A stretch of 64,000 nucleotides of DNA, taken from the NCBI GenBank assembly GCA_028534125.1, contig CM052817.1, positions 26,600,001-26,664,000 on the forward strand, given 5' to 3'. Positions 49,509-61,665 of the stretch are shown piece by piece; the stretch's first letter is position 1, and the number at the start of each line of letters is the position of its first letter. Below the pieces are notes generated by a model. That model was given only the letters and a program-made list of their open reading frames with translations, ran no database searches and was not told where the DNA came from. A program made the translations under genes and the position numbers. Origin of the DNA: Lama glama (lineage: Eukaryota).

Positions 49509-50060
49509 TGTTGGAGGCTGAATTGTATCTCCTAAATTCGTATGTTGAAGCCCTAACCCCTTGTACCTCAAAATGTAACTCTATTTGGAGGTAGAACTTT
49601 TAAAGAAATGATTAAGTTAAATGAGGCATCGAGATGGGCCCTAGTCCAATTTGATTAGTGTTCTTATAAGAAGAGGAAACTGACATACAGAGAAACACTA
49701 GGGGTGCACATGCACAGAGGAAAGACCACGGAAGGATGAAGCCAGAAGAGAGACCATTTGCAAGCCAAGAAGAGAGGCCTCAGAACCAGGCCTGCCCACA
49801 TCTTGATCTTGAACTTGCAACCTCCAGAACTGTGAGAAATTAGGGGTGGGGGAGGGTATATCTCAGTGGTAGAGCCTGTGCTTAGCATGGGTTCAATCCC
49901 CAGTACCTCTATTAACAAATAAATAAATAAACCTAATTACCTCCCCTTGAAAAACAAAACAACAACAACAAAAAAACAGAACTGTGAGAAATTAAATTCC
50001 TGTTGTGTAAGGCACTCAGTCTGTGGTGTTTTGTTACAGCAGCCCTAGCAAACGGATACA
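49509..50060 (+). mobile_element. MaLR solo LTR (MLT1B-like) containing a SINE
   Basis: tgttggaggctgaattgtatctcc...gttgaagccctaacccc...cagccctagcaaacggataca. Confidence 0.85.
49843..49976 (+). mobile_element. vic-1-like SINE
   Basis: tRNA-Ala head, (AAAT)n, cctaattacctcccc and A tail; perfect 18-bp TSD cagaactgtgagaaatta (49825-49842 / 49977-49994). Confidence 0.9.
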
Positions 50061-50621
50061 GCAGATTACACCCTCCTTTCCTCAAACCCTCTGGTGGCTT
50101 CCCATTTTATTATAAGTTGAAGCTGAAGCTCTTACAATGACCTCCAGGGCCCTATATCATCTGGCCTTCACACCCTTTCTCTAACCTTACTTCTATTATT
50201 CTCTACCTTGCTTATTCTGTTCTAGCCATTCAAACTTTCTGCTGTTCCTTGAACACAGCAGCCACATTTTGGCCTCAGGGCCTTTGCAGTTTCAGGCATC
50301 TCTACTGAGAAGCCCTTTCCCAAGATATCTGCATGGCCCACTCTTTCATCTCATTCAGTTTCTTACTCGTCCCTGGCCACCTTGTCTCAAAGAGTACTTG
50401 CCATTCTCCATCTTTGAGACCCTACCCTCTCTGGCTTTACTTTTCTTTCTAGCACTTACCACCATCTAATATACTATATATGTTACTTTTTTTTTAATTT
50501 AAACTTATCTAGTTATCAATGGGGCAGAATTTTTTTTCAGGAAAAATTTAAGTCATTTACATTTACTCTCTCTGTTTTGTCTACTCATGTTCTTTGGCCA
50601 TTAAAAAAAAATCAGGGCCCA

Positions 50622-51893
50622 TTGGACTGGAAGACTCACCACTGTTAAAATGGCCATACTATCCAAGTCAATATACAGATTCAGTGTAATCCCTATCAAA
50701 TTGCCAATGACATTTTTCAAAAAACTGGAAAAAAAATTTTTTTAATTTGTATGGAAACACAAAAGAACTTGAATAGCCAAAATAATCTTGAGAAAGAAGA
50801 ATGGAGCTGGAGCAATCACTTTGCCTGGCTTCAGACTAAACTACAAAGCTATAGTAATCAAAACAATATGGTACTGGCACAAAAACAAACATATAGATTA
50901 ATAGAACAAGATAGAAAGTTCAGAAATAAACCCACACATTTATGGTCAATTAATCTATGCAAAGGAGGCAAGAATACACAATGGAAAAATACAGTCTCTT
51001 CAATAAGTGGTGCTGGGAAAACTGGACAGCTGCATGTAAAAGAATGAAATTAGAACATTCTCTAAGACCATGTATAAAAATAAACTCAACAGGGACTCAA
51101 CAGGGATTAAAGACCTAAATGTAAGACCAGATACTATAAAACTCCTAGGGGAAAACATAGGCAGAACATTCTTTGACATAAATTTCAGCATATTTTTTTA
51201 CAAACCAGTTCCTAGAGTAATGGAAATAAAAGCAAACATAAACAAATGGGACCTAATTAAACGTAAAATCTTGTGCACAGCAAAGGAAACCATCAACAAA
51301 ATGAAAAGACAACCTACAGAATGGGAGAAAATATTTGCAAATGACATGACTGACAAGGGATTGACTTCCAAAATATACAAACAGCTCATACAGTTTAATA
51401 TCAAAAAACAAACAACTCAATCAAAAAATGGGCAGAAGACCTAAATAGACATTTCTCCAAAAAAAAAACATGCAGATGGCCAGCTGACACATGAAAAAGT
51501 GTTCAACATTGCTAATTATTAGAGAAATGCACATCAAAACTACAATGAGGTGTCACCTCACACCAGGCAGAAAGGCCATCATTAAAAAGTCTACAAATAA
51601 TAAATGCTGGAGAGGATGTGGAGAAAAAGGAACCCTCCTACACTGTTGGTAGGAATATAAATTGGTGCAGCCACTATGGAGAACATATAGAGATTTCTTA
51701 AAAAACTAAAAATAGACTTACCATATGCTCCAGTAATCACACTCCTGGGCGTATACCCAGAGAAAACTGTAATTTGAAAAGATAAGTGCACTCCAGTGTT
51801 CACAGCAGCTCTATTTACAGTGGCGAGGACATGGAAACAACCTAAACATCCATTGACAGATGACTGGATAAAGAAGAAGTGGTATATATATAG

Positions 51894-51948
<55 letters not shown>

Positions 51949-52411
51949 AAATGTAATATTAGTCATAAAAAGAATGAAATAGTGCCATTTGCAGCAACAT
52001 GATGGACCTAGAGATCATCATATTGAGTCAGGCAGAGAAAGATAAATATCATATCACTTACATGTGGAATTGAAAAAAATATATGATGTAAAATCTATTT
52101 ACAAACCAAAAACAGATTCACAGACTTAGAAAACAAACTATGGTTACCAAATGGGAAAGGGTGGACAGGGATAAATTAGGGGTTGGAGATTAACAGACAC
52201 ACGTTACTCTTTATAAAACAGATAAACAAGGACCTACTGTGTAGCACAGGGACCTATATTCAACTTCTTGTAATGACATATGATGGAAAAGAATCTGAAA
52301 AGAAAAAATATATATATATATATTCATGTATATGTATAACTGAATCACTTTGCTGTACACCTGAAACTAACACTTTAAATCAACTGCACCTCAATAAGAT
52401 TTTTTTTTTTC
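50622..52411 (+). mobile_element. 5'-truncated lineage-specific L1 (ORF2 C-terminus + 3'UTR)
   Basis: ORF2 remnants (...KWDLIKRKILCTAKETINKMKRQPTEWEKIFAN...); TSD aaatcagggccca/aaattagggcaca (11/13). Confidence 0.9.
51896..51947. repeat. (GT)26 microsatellite inside L1
   Basis: Directly visible in the sequence. Confidence 0.95.
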
Positions 52412-53320
52412 AAATTAGGGCACAAAGACAATGCTTTCTCTACACTGTTAAACAGCCTCTCCCCCTAACATTAATAACTGGTGTAAGTTATACATTAAAG
52501 AGATTAAGCTTTTTTCTGCCTAATTTTGTAACATACATATTTTTGATTTGTAGTTAGCCACTTTATGATTTTTTAAACAAAAAAATTACATTTTTATATA
52601 GTTAAATCTATTGTGAGTCCTTCCTCTGATGCAAGCTTAGTCTTAAAGCAGCAGCGTTTTATAATTCTGTCAATTTCCCAGTACATCCCTCTTTGTCTAA
52701 TTTCCAGAGACTCCTCTGGTGCTCACTCATCTGAAATTCACTCACCTGGGGCAGGTGACAGCAAGCTGTTTTCCTGCAAGGAGTGACTGTAAGGAGTTTT
52801 TATAGCATTGACTACAAACGAATTTTGCCCTCATAAAACTGTAATTGTCAGCAAATAGTTATATGAGTTTAGGATTTTTTTATGGTGCCATTCAGGTCCC
52901 AGTCTCATTAATAGGCTGACGATCTATTTCAGCACCAATGTCCAGAGCTACCTCATCTTCTAAGCTTCCTCCTATCCGTCTCTAGATGCCAGTCACTGCA
53001 GTAAGAAGCTTCCCCTACTCCAATACCAAAGAGTTTTGTGGCCTCTGGCAAGAGGCAGAAATGAAATCACAAAAATGCTTAAGCAATATGCTACAATTTA
53101 AACACAAAGTAAGAAGGTGATGTTAAAAATGTTTAATAACCAGAATGGTGCAGATAGCAAACACAAATAGACAACAGCAGACACTGACCAATCAGAACAG
53201 ATGTGGGTGTGAATTCTAACCAATCAGAACAGAGGCCACTGTAAACAATCAAGATCGCTCATCACCAAGAAAAGGCTCTTTTTTGGTAGGGCCAGGACTT
53301 GGGTTCCAGAGCCTCTGCTC

Positions 53321-54049
53321 TCTCTCTCTTTTTTTTTTTTTTTTAATTGAAGTATTGTTGATTTACAATGTGTTAGTTTCTGGTTTATAGCATAGTGATT
53401 CAGTTACATATATATATATATAATTTTTCATTATAGATTATTACAAGCTACTGAATATAGTTCCCTGTGCTATACAGTAGGAGCTTGTTGTTTGTCTATT
53501 TTGTATATATAAGTTTGTATCTGCTAATCCCAAACTCCTCATTTATCCCTCCCCCTGCCTACCTTCCCCTTTGGTAACCATAATTCTGTTTTCTGTGTCT
53601 GTGAGTCTCTTTCTGTTTTGTAAATAAGTTCATTTGTGTCGTTTTTTAGATTCCACATATAAGTGATATCATATGGTATTTGTCTTTGTCTAACTTACTT
53701 CACTTAGTACAATAATCTCTAGGTCCATCCATGTTGCGGAAAATAGCATTGTATCAGTCTTTTTTATGGCTGGAGTAGTATCCCACCGTGTCCAGATACA
53801 CTACATCTTCTTTATCCATTTATCTGTCAGTGGACATTTAGGTTGCTTCCATGTCTTGGGTATTGTAAATAGTGCCTCTAGGAACACTGGGGTGCATGCA
53901 TCTTTTCAAATTAGTTTTCTCCAGATATATGTCCCAGAGTGGGGTTCCTGGATCATAAGGTAACTCTAACTTTTTAAGGACTCTCTATACTGTTCTCCAT
54001 AGTGGCTGCACCAATTTACCTTCCCACCAACAAAGTAGGAGGGTTCCCT
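53321..54049 (-). mobile_element. 5'-truncated lineage-specific L1 (3' ~720 bp)
   Basis: Poly-T at ~53329-53344; 3'UTR homologous to 25420-26150; TSD agagcctctgc (53308-53318 / 54050-54060). Confidence 0.9.
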
Positions 54050-55272
54050 AGAGCCTCTGCCCATGAGTACACTCTACTATACCGGCTCATCATCAGACTT
54101 CGCAGCTGTGAAATCTGCTTGCTGATTCCCAGCCCTTCTGTTCAGTAATCTCCTGCTCCTCCCAAGCCTTCAGAAAAGTGATCTGTATCCAACTCTGTCA
54201 TGGGGGGAGAGGGCAGAGGGACGCTGTGTGTACACTGGGACAGAGGTAGTAACAGGGGTCTTTGGGGTGAACTGTTGCCTGGAGAAAAGTTATGAGGTAG
54301 CAGAAACAATCCATAAAGCAGCCTGGAACAGCTGTCCACAGTGAGGGGTAATAGCATTCCCCATTCCTCAAGGTCTTGAGAAATCTTTGGAAGGGAAATG
54401 CATTTCCTGCAAATATAAAATGTGATTTCAAAATATGATGATGGTGGTGGTGTTATTAAAGGAAAGGCTGAGTGGAAACACTGGGTATGCTTGGCATGGG
54501 TACATTGAGAACCCCAGGGAAGGTATAAGGACAACATTTTGGAGTCAGAGCTCTAGTAGTGGCACTGCCATTTACAGGTTAAGTTACCTAAATCAAATCT
54601 GCTTCTCTATATCTCCTTAATCTATAAAATGGGTGTAGAACAGTGCCCAGCCCATAGTGTAGCTGTGAGAGTTAAAAGGATATATGTATCCAGTTTCTGA
54701 CCACAGCGTATGGAATGTTCAGTCAGTATCAGGCATCCCTGCAGATAGCAGTGACACCATCACCTTTGTCATCACCACACTCTGAAGTATTTTGAGTCCT
54801 TAAACACACACACACTCAAGAAAAACACACGGTAGGGATGCTCGCATTTTCCCTCCTAATCTCCAAATGACAGAGGAAGAGAAAGCAATGTGGAAAATTA
54901 GGAATGGAAGAGGCCGAATCTGAGAGCTATAGAGAAAGCTGCTGTGGGCAGGGCAGTGGGCTCTGAGCTCAGGAGATTTCTAAGGAGTTAATGCAGGGAA
55001 ATAAAAAAGACAGAGATAGCTTAATTTGGCTTTAGAGAAGAAGAGAAGCCCCTGGGACAAGGGTGTGATTGGCCACAGATCTGATAAGAGAAATGGGGAG
55101 GTGGTTAATGGTGGTTATAAAGAGAAAGGCAGGTGATGAGAAGCACTTTTTTAGACTAAGAGAACATCTTTATCTGTCCAACTTTATCCCTTGCCTTTTC
55201 ATTGCCTCTCTGGGAAGTTTAAGGTTGTAAGAAGGTAATGCCAGTTGACTGCATCTTTTTACACAGTGTTTT

Positions 55273-55413
55273 TTAAATTAATTTTTTATTGTTTTTTTGA
55301 GGGGTGGGTGGGAGGTAATTAGGTTTATTTAGTTTGATACAGGCATTGGGGATCGAACCCAGAACTTCATGCATGCTAAGCATGCACTCTACCACTGAGG
55401 TATACCCTCCCCA
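55273..55413 (-). mobile_element. vic-1-like SINE
   Basis: Reverse strand ggggagggtatacctcagtggtagagtgcatgcttagcatg...gggttcgatcccc; TSD ttacacagtgtttt (55259-55272 / 55414-55427). Confidence 0.9.
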
Positions 55414-55466
55414 TTACACAGTGTTTTGATGGGAATGTTTTCAAGGTGATTTTGGTCAGCACTGAT

Positions 55467-55537
55467 AAGGTGAGGGCAGGTGAGGTAAGGTGAAGTGAGG
55501 TAAGGGCAGGTGAGGCCAGGTGAGGCCAAGTGAGGTA
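55467..55537. repeat. Degenerate (AGGTG)n low-complexity repeat
   Basis: aaggtgagggcaggtgaggtaaggtgaagtgaggtaagggcaggtgaggccaggtgagg. Confidence 0.8.
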
Positions 55538-56419
55538 TGCATTCTTGTGCCATGATGGAGAGAATGTAAATTAGTATGACCTCTATAAAGCAACTAGGCG
55601 AGGCATCTCAAAATACCTTAAAATGATCATTCATCTGAGTGCAAACTTTGAAGCAGTATCCTACAGAAATGATCAGAAATTTGGCCAATGAAAGGGAGGC
55701 CATCATGTGATTTACAGAACAGAAAACACAAGAAAAAAACTATAAAGAAACTTAAAAGTTTGAGCAGTTGTTATATCTGGATAGTGGGACTGTGCAAAAT
55801 TGTAATTTGTTTCAGTTTACTTTTAAGATTTCCCTAGATTTCTCTAATATGTTGCTTATTTTAAAATATTGAAAAACAAATGCATTAAACAAAAATTGAT
55901 TTCCTCCTCCCTGTTCCTCCTCTACCTCCTTCCCTTTGCAAACCAAGGGCCTGGTTGTTCTGGTGATGACAAGGACAGGATGGCCCATTGTGGATTCTGT
56001 CCTTGATCTTCTCTTCCTTTGTTGATTTTGCTTCAGGCTTTGGACTGAGATTGTATGGCTTCCTCCAACGTGGATGGAACTCAGCAGGATATGCTTTCCG
56101 TGGCACTGCCACATTGCTTCTCATCAAAGCCAAACTGGCAGGGCACCCCCCACCCCCACCCAATGGAAACACTCAGGCTTAATTCAACATTCTCTGCTGA
56201 GAGTTCATCTTGCTTCAGAGGAACTGGGCAGGTCTGGGGAAGAGGGATGAAGAGGAGGAGAGAGGGTATTTTTCCTGTCCACTAAAATTTCCCTTTAGGA
56301 AGTTTAAAGTCATACCTGGTGTCCTCAGTTGGATATATCTTGGTTGATGATAACATGCTTTAGTCTTGTAGACCAAGAGGAAGACAGTGTGGTTGAGATG
56401 GCATTTTGCAGAGAAGAGG

Positions 56420-57950
56420 TTCATTCACTCATTCACCCACTTACAACTATTTATTAAGTTCCCCCTCTGTGCCAAGCACTGTTCTAGGGGCTGGGAATAT
56501 AGCTATGAACAAACGAAGAAAAATCTATGCCTTGATGGAGCTTCTGTTCTAGTGGGGTGAAGTCAATGAGAGTCTATAGAGCAATGAGGAAAAATTAAGC
56601 AGAGGAATGGAGTTGAGTGGGGTGGGGTGAAGTGGGGTGTGTGTGTGTGTGTGTGTGTGCATGCGTGCTCTTTTAGACAGGATACTTGGAACAGGCCTCT
56701 TAATAAAGAAACATTTGAACAGAGACCTGAAGGAAGTGGGGGAGCGAGGGAAGGCTTGAGGAAGGAAGACCTGGCTTTGTGTATTTAAGGAATAGTGAGG
56801 AGGCTAGCATGGCTGGGGGTGAGCTGGGAGTTATGGGAGGGTCCCCTGCATCTCCGCAGGCATTTTAAAGGGCTTTGCCTTCTACTCTGAGTGAAATGGG
56901 AGGTCATGGGGTGGGAGGGTAAGCAGAAGAGCAACATACCTAACTGCAGTGATTCTCAACCTTTGCTACACAGTGGTTCTCCCCGGGAGCTTTAAAAAAA
57001 AAATCATGATGCCCGAGTCCCACCCCCAGAGATTCTGAATTAATTGGTGAGTTTGAAAACTTCCCCAGGTGATTGTAATGTGAATCCAAGGCTGAGAACT
57101 GCTGATGGAAAAGACTCTCCCTGGCTGTTGTGAGGAGATGAGAGGAGGCGGGCAGGGGTAGGTGTGTGGGGACAATCAGGAGACTACTGCAGAATTCCAG
57201 AGATGATGGCGGGCTTGGACCCAAGCGGCAGTGATTAAGGTGATGAGAAGTGGTTGATGATGGAAATAGCTGAAGGTAGAGCCCTAGTTCAATGCTGCAG
57301 CCGCTACTGGGGCTGGGTGAGTCCTGGGACTTAGTATCAGCAGGCACCTTGGCCAACCTAAAGCACCTAAAGCTTGTCCTCTAATCTGGTCTCTGTCAGT
57401 CACAAAGGCGATATTTGGTCTCCCAATTTACTTTGCATGATTTCTCAACTTATTGAGAACCTGGATGGGGAAGAAGGATGCAACTTATTGAAGGAAACCC
57501 TCAGAGATCAATGTTGAGTGTGTGTGTGTGGGGGGGGTTCTCAGCCACATTCAGCTGCCAACTGCCAAACCACAAAATTGTTGGCAAATTAGATTTCACC
57601 AGGGTTGGAGCTTCACCAGAAAGGAGTTGGGGGAAGAGATCTGAAGATGCATGTGCGAGAACGATGACAGGGTTAAACTAGAATCTGAGTTGAGAGAGTT
57701 GGAAGGTCAGAGCATGAGGTCAAGAGACAGGACTAACAGATTGTAGGTCCTGGGAGCATCAAAGAAATGTTAGGGTCAAGGTCAAGAGGGAGGGAGTAAG
57801 CTGGAAAAATAAAAATCGGTGGTAGCTGAGATGCTTAAAAAGCTAACATTGTAAGTAGATTGTTAGTAATAACAAGGCCTAAGGTATGACCATGGCAGTG
57901 GCTGAGGTCAGATAGAGGACAAAATCATTGAAGGAGAAGAGGAAACAATG
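56420..57950 (-). mobile_element. L2 fragments with a nested MER5A (~56946-57103) and (GT)n at ~56637-56659
   Basis: Reverse L2 3' end ttcattcactcattcacc...tgtgccaagcactgttctagggg; MER5A cagtgattctcaacc...gctgagaactgctg. Confidence 0.65.
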
Positions 57951-59829
57951 AGAAGTGACAAGAAGGCCAAACCTAGCGTCAGAAATCCTGAATTTGAGTC
58001 CCAGCTCAGTTATTGACCAGCTGTAATCTTTAAAAAGTCATTCTACCATTCTCAGCCTCCATTTCCCTGCTGTAAAATTCCAGTTCAGTGAGTGATGGGA
58101 AGCTTTAAATGGCATTAATATATGTGGAAGTGTTTCAAAGCCTGAAAAATGCTCTCTCTGTGTAAGGGATTGTATCCACCGGTCAAATGATGCAAGATAA
58201 CTTTTCCATAGTTAGTGAACCAAAGAGAGAATCAATAGAACTCCAAACTTTCAGTTTCTGGGACATTGAAGAATCTGAGTGATGGCCAAAGGGAAATAAT
58301 AAGTCAGTCAAAGGGATGACTCTTTGGGACTGTCCTGTTGACCATCTTTCCAGTTCTTTTTCTGTGGTGAATAGGTCTGGATGTATGGTGTTTGATGACT
58401 TAATCCCCTTTTGCAGGTGAGAGGAGTGGCTTTGATGGCAGGGAGTAGGCACAAGAACTGGGAGGAGAAAGTGGTTAAGGAATTCAACCTTTCAGTAAAA
58501 GAATAATGGCAAGAAGCTACTTTGTTCAGTTGTTTTCAAGGGATTTGATTTATCTTCAGATACAACCACTAGGACAACAAAGGTGGAAAAAACACAAACA
58601 CTGAAAGAAGGCAGCACTTGGTTTGGAATGCATTACTGAAAAATGCCATTTAGCACACCTGCTGAGAAGTCCCTATGATATTGGCATACAGAATCATAAA
58701 TATTTTAATATTTATAAACATCGTGTTCTTTCATTTTCTTCACTTCTTTTGTACTTGACCCTGGCTCTGATAACCCCAAACTTGCTTGTGTCCCCATGAT
58801 CAGGCTCCCAGCTTCCACCGTCTATTTTAAGATGAGGTCCCTGGCTCTACACCATTTTCTTGTCTATTATCCCACTTCTCTGAACACTGAGGTCCCACTC
58901 TGGTCCTCTCCTCACAGCGCTTGCAGGGCTTGATACCCAGACACTGACCACTGGTCTCACGTCTGGGTCCTCCCTTGCTTCTGAAATCCCCCAGCTGCCT
59001 GCCAGCTTGTTCCGAGGAGAAATGTAGTGTGCACTTGATTCTAAAGTCTGTGCACATTAGAATCAAAGGTTAAAAAACAGACTCAGATTAATTTTTTAAA
59101 AATTAATAACAGTAAAACATCCTCTCCCACTCTATCCAGTAATATGTTGTCTACAGAGATATATTTGAAATAAAAGGATATGGAGAATTTGAAAATAAGG
59201 AATAGAAAAACACATACAAGGACAACAAAGGGAAGGTGGGATAGAAATACCAATTATAGATAAAATAAAATTTCATATGATCATATGTACAATGATCATA
59301 AGAGACAAAGGGGGACATTATGTACTGGTTATAAGAACTTTACATCAAAATCATGAACAAATAGGCACCTAAGAAGATAGCCTGAAAACACGGAAAGCAA
59401 CAACTTACAAAATGATCACAGTTCAGCACAGCCTTCTAAGGAAAGGTGGACCCAGCTGGTTTTGGTGATAATCAACCTGACCTGAGCCATTTCCCACCAC
59501 TCACTAGCTGCACGACTTCATTAGGAGCCTAGGCTCTGCGAAGCTCAGTGTTGTCGCCTGGAAGACAGGACTAACACCAGCCCTCTAAGACTGTTATCAG
59601 CTCTAGCTTAGATAATGCATATCAATTGTCAAATACATCTGGAGTTTTATAAATGTCTGCAATAAAAATTATTCTTTGGATACCCCGCCCCTCATCACCT
59701 ACCCTGTTCCTATCACATCTCTGATTTCTGAGCACAGGCTATATCCTGTATCCCAGGTTTTACTACACTGCAAGTGTCGGGAATCAGCAGAGAGCTGAAA
59801 CAGAGCCTAGAAAAATGCAACAGCTTTGC

Positions 59830-60535
59830 AGGGTGGTACTCAGCCAACATGCACTCAATCAGTATGTCTCTACTGGTTGTTTACAGCTGGCCTCCCCTCT
59901 GACTAGTCAGTGTATGTGCCTCATCAATATATTATCTCTCAGCTCCAAGTTTACCCTTCTTTACACAGCTTCGTGATATCAGAGCCGGGCCCAGTAAACG
60001 TATCTCCTTTGCCAGCTGGCAGAATGTTAAGTTTTATCAATAAGGCACTGGAGTAACACAGCAAGGACATAGCCACAGACAGTCCCCTTCTAGGTTCTGG
60101 CCGTCTATTATTATTATTCAGCATGTGAGCATAGCAGCCCTTGTGGACATATTTCAACTGCACCCTAACACCTTGCTCTCCCTACTGTGACTTCTAAGTA
60201 GCGTTGGGCTGCCCACAACCTCTGTCAGTGCAGGATAGCTTCTCGAGACAGCTTAGCCTGCCAAGTGTCTCAGTCCTGTCAGGTTGTGTATTCCTACAGT
60301 AGCGACATCCTCTTTGAAGAGGTCTCCGAAGACCTTAATTCCGTCTTTGTCCAGCTCCTCCAGCCTAGGGGTTAAAGCCTCTTTTACTGCACTGGCTAAT
60401 TCTGAACCCCTTAGGGGTCCCTTTTATTCCTTTTAGTAGTTATTCACCTCCTACTAGTTAACAGTTTTTTACGTTACAGTTTCCTTATTCAAATAGGTGT
60501 GATTCCTCTCTCCTTCCTGGAGACATACCTGATAT
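59830..60535 (+). mobile_element. Ancient ERVL LTR (LTR41/LTR33-like)
   Basis: 3' motif gttaacagttttttacgttacagtttccttattcaaataggtgtgattcctctctcc...cctgata. Confidence 0.45.
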
Positions 60536-61279
60536 GTTTCTCCACTGAACTGCAACTGTTATCAGTGATGAGTTACTGGGTGGTGTGCAGGGAACTGCTT
60601 TATCACCACAGAAATATTCCTTAAAGTAGCCTCCCTCCTGCCCCCTAAAGAAGAATCATGGCCGGCTCGGTTTCCCAAATCCTAGGACGACTAAAGAGAG
60701 AGGCATAAATAGACAGAATGTGACAAGTGGGAAGAAAAGGCAGAAGGCTTAGCACAAGAAACTAAGCTGAGTTACTTACTAGAGCTAGAGTAAAGGGGGG
60801 AAGGGAGAGGGAGGAAGAAAAACTATCACAGACTGAGTACTGGAGAGAATCTGGATTTGAGAAATTTGCGAAGAGTTACGAATTGGCTTTCTGTTGATAT
60901 TCTTTGAGAGACATGAGTGAAGACTGGAATTTAGTTTTTATTGCTTTGGGGTATAGCAATATGCTTCCGTATTGGTGACTTTAAGCAGAGACCTGGTCAC
61001 GTGGGCACCTGGCTTTTACCAGGGTTCTACCTGATTTCTATTTTATGTTAGGGAAACTTCCAGTTTTTTCACACTTTTGTTTCTGATACCCAAATACTAA
61101 TCGTGCTACCATAGGCACTTTAAAAAGCTATCTGGGAAGTTTTAGGCCTGTTTTCACCCATCTAATGAGGCATTCATGTCCTACAGATCCCCTCTTATTT
61201 GGCTCTGGAGAACATTTTCCTTCCAAATAAACTGATTTTTTGTTCTGTTGTTTTTAAAAAGACAGAGTAGGCATTCAAC

Positions 61280-61665
61280 TGGGCATGGTATAAAGAGCAC
61301 CAGCTTTAATCTCTCTGTGTGCACGTGTGTTCTCAAAAAGAAACACTAGAAATGTAAATCAGAAATTAATAGAAATTACCGGTAAAGGGGAGAAGGGATG
61401 GAAAAATGGGGATGGGACAAGGGTGGCAGTGAGCATTATAAAAATAAAACTTTAAAAAAGAGCACCAGCTATAAAGCCAGAGAGACTTGGGTTCAAATTC
61501 CAATTCTGCAGCTAACTGCCGATTAACCTTGGAAAGTTAATCTCTCTCGGCTTCAGTCCCATTAATAAAATGCATGGAGTTTCTGGGAGTATAAAGTAAG
61601 ATAACACCAACTGGAACACTTAGCCCAGTGCCTGGTAAATAATAAATGCCTGGTAAATGTTAGCT
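61280..61665 (+). mobile_element. MIR SINE interrupted by a 147-bp TSD-flanked insert (61310-61456)
   Basis: MIR motifs gacttgggttcaaattcc...cacttagcccagtgcctgg; TSD aaagagcaccagctttaa/aaagagcaccagctataa. Confidence 0.7.

Larger units (their letters stand above)
48910..50480 (+). mobile_element. L2 fragment hosting an MLT1 LTR and a micro-insertion
   Basis: ctctcccctgaacttgactcacagatccaact...tttaacatgtccaaa...ggcctcagggcctttgca. Confidence 0.65.

Noticed and set aside
43058..52411. L1 5' part (43058-46249) and L1 3' part (50622-52411) as one element split by a 4.4-kb insertion
   Set aside because: Each part has its own TSD pair, and the intervening DNA consists of older MIR, L2 and MLT elements.
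53180..53240. Tandem CCAATCAGAACAGA motifs as an NF-Y promoter
   Set aside because: The context resembles a decayed ancient DNA-transposon fragment; there is no CpG island or downstream exon.
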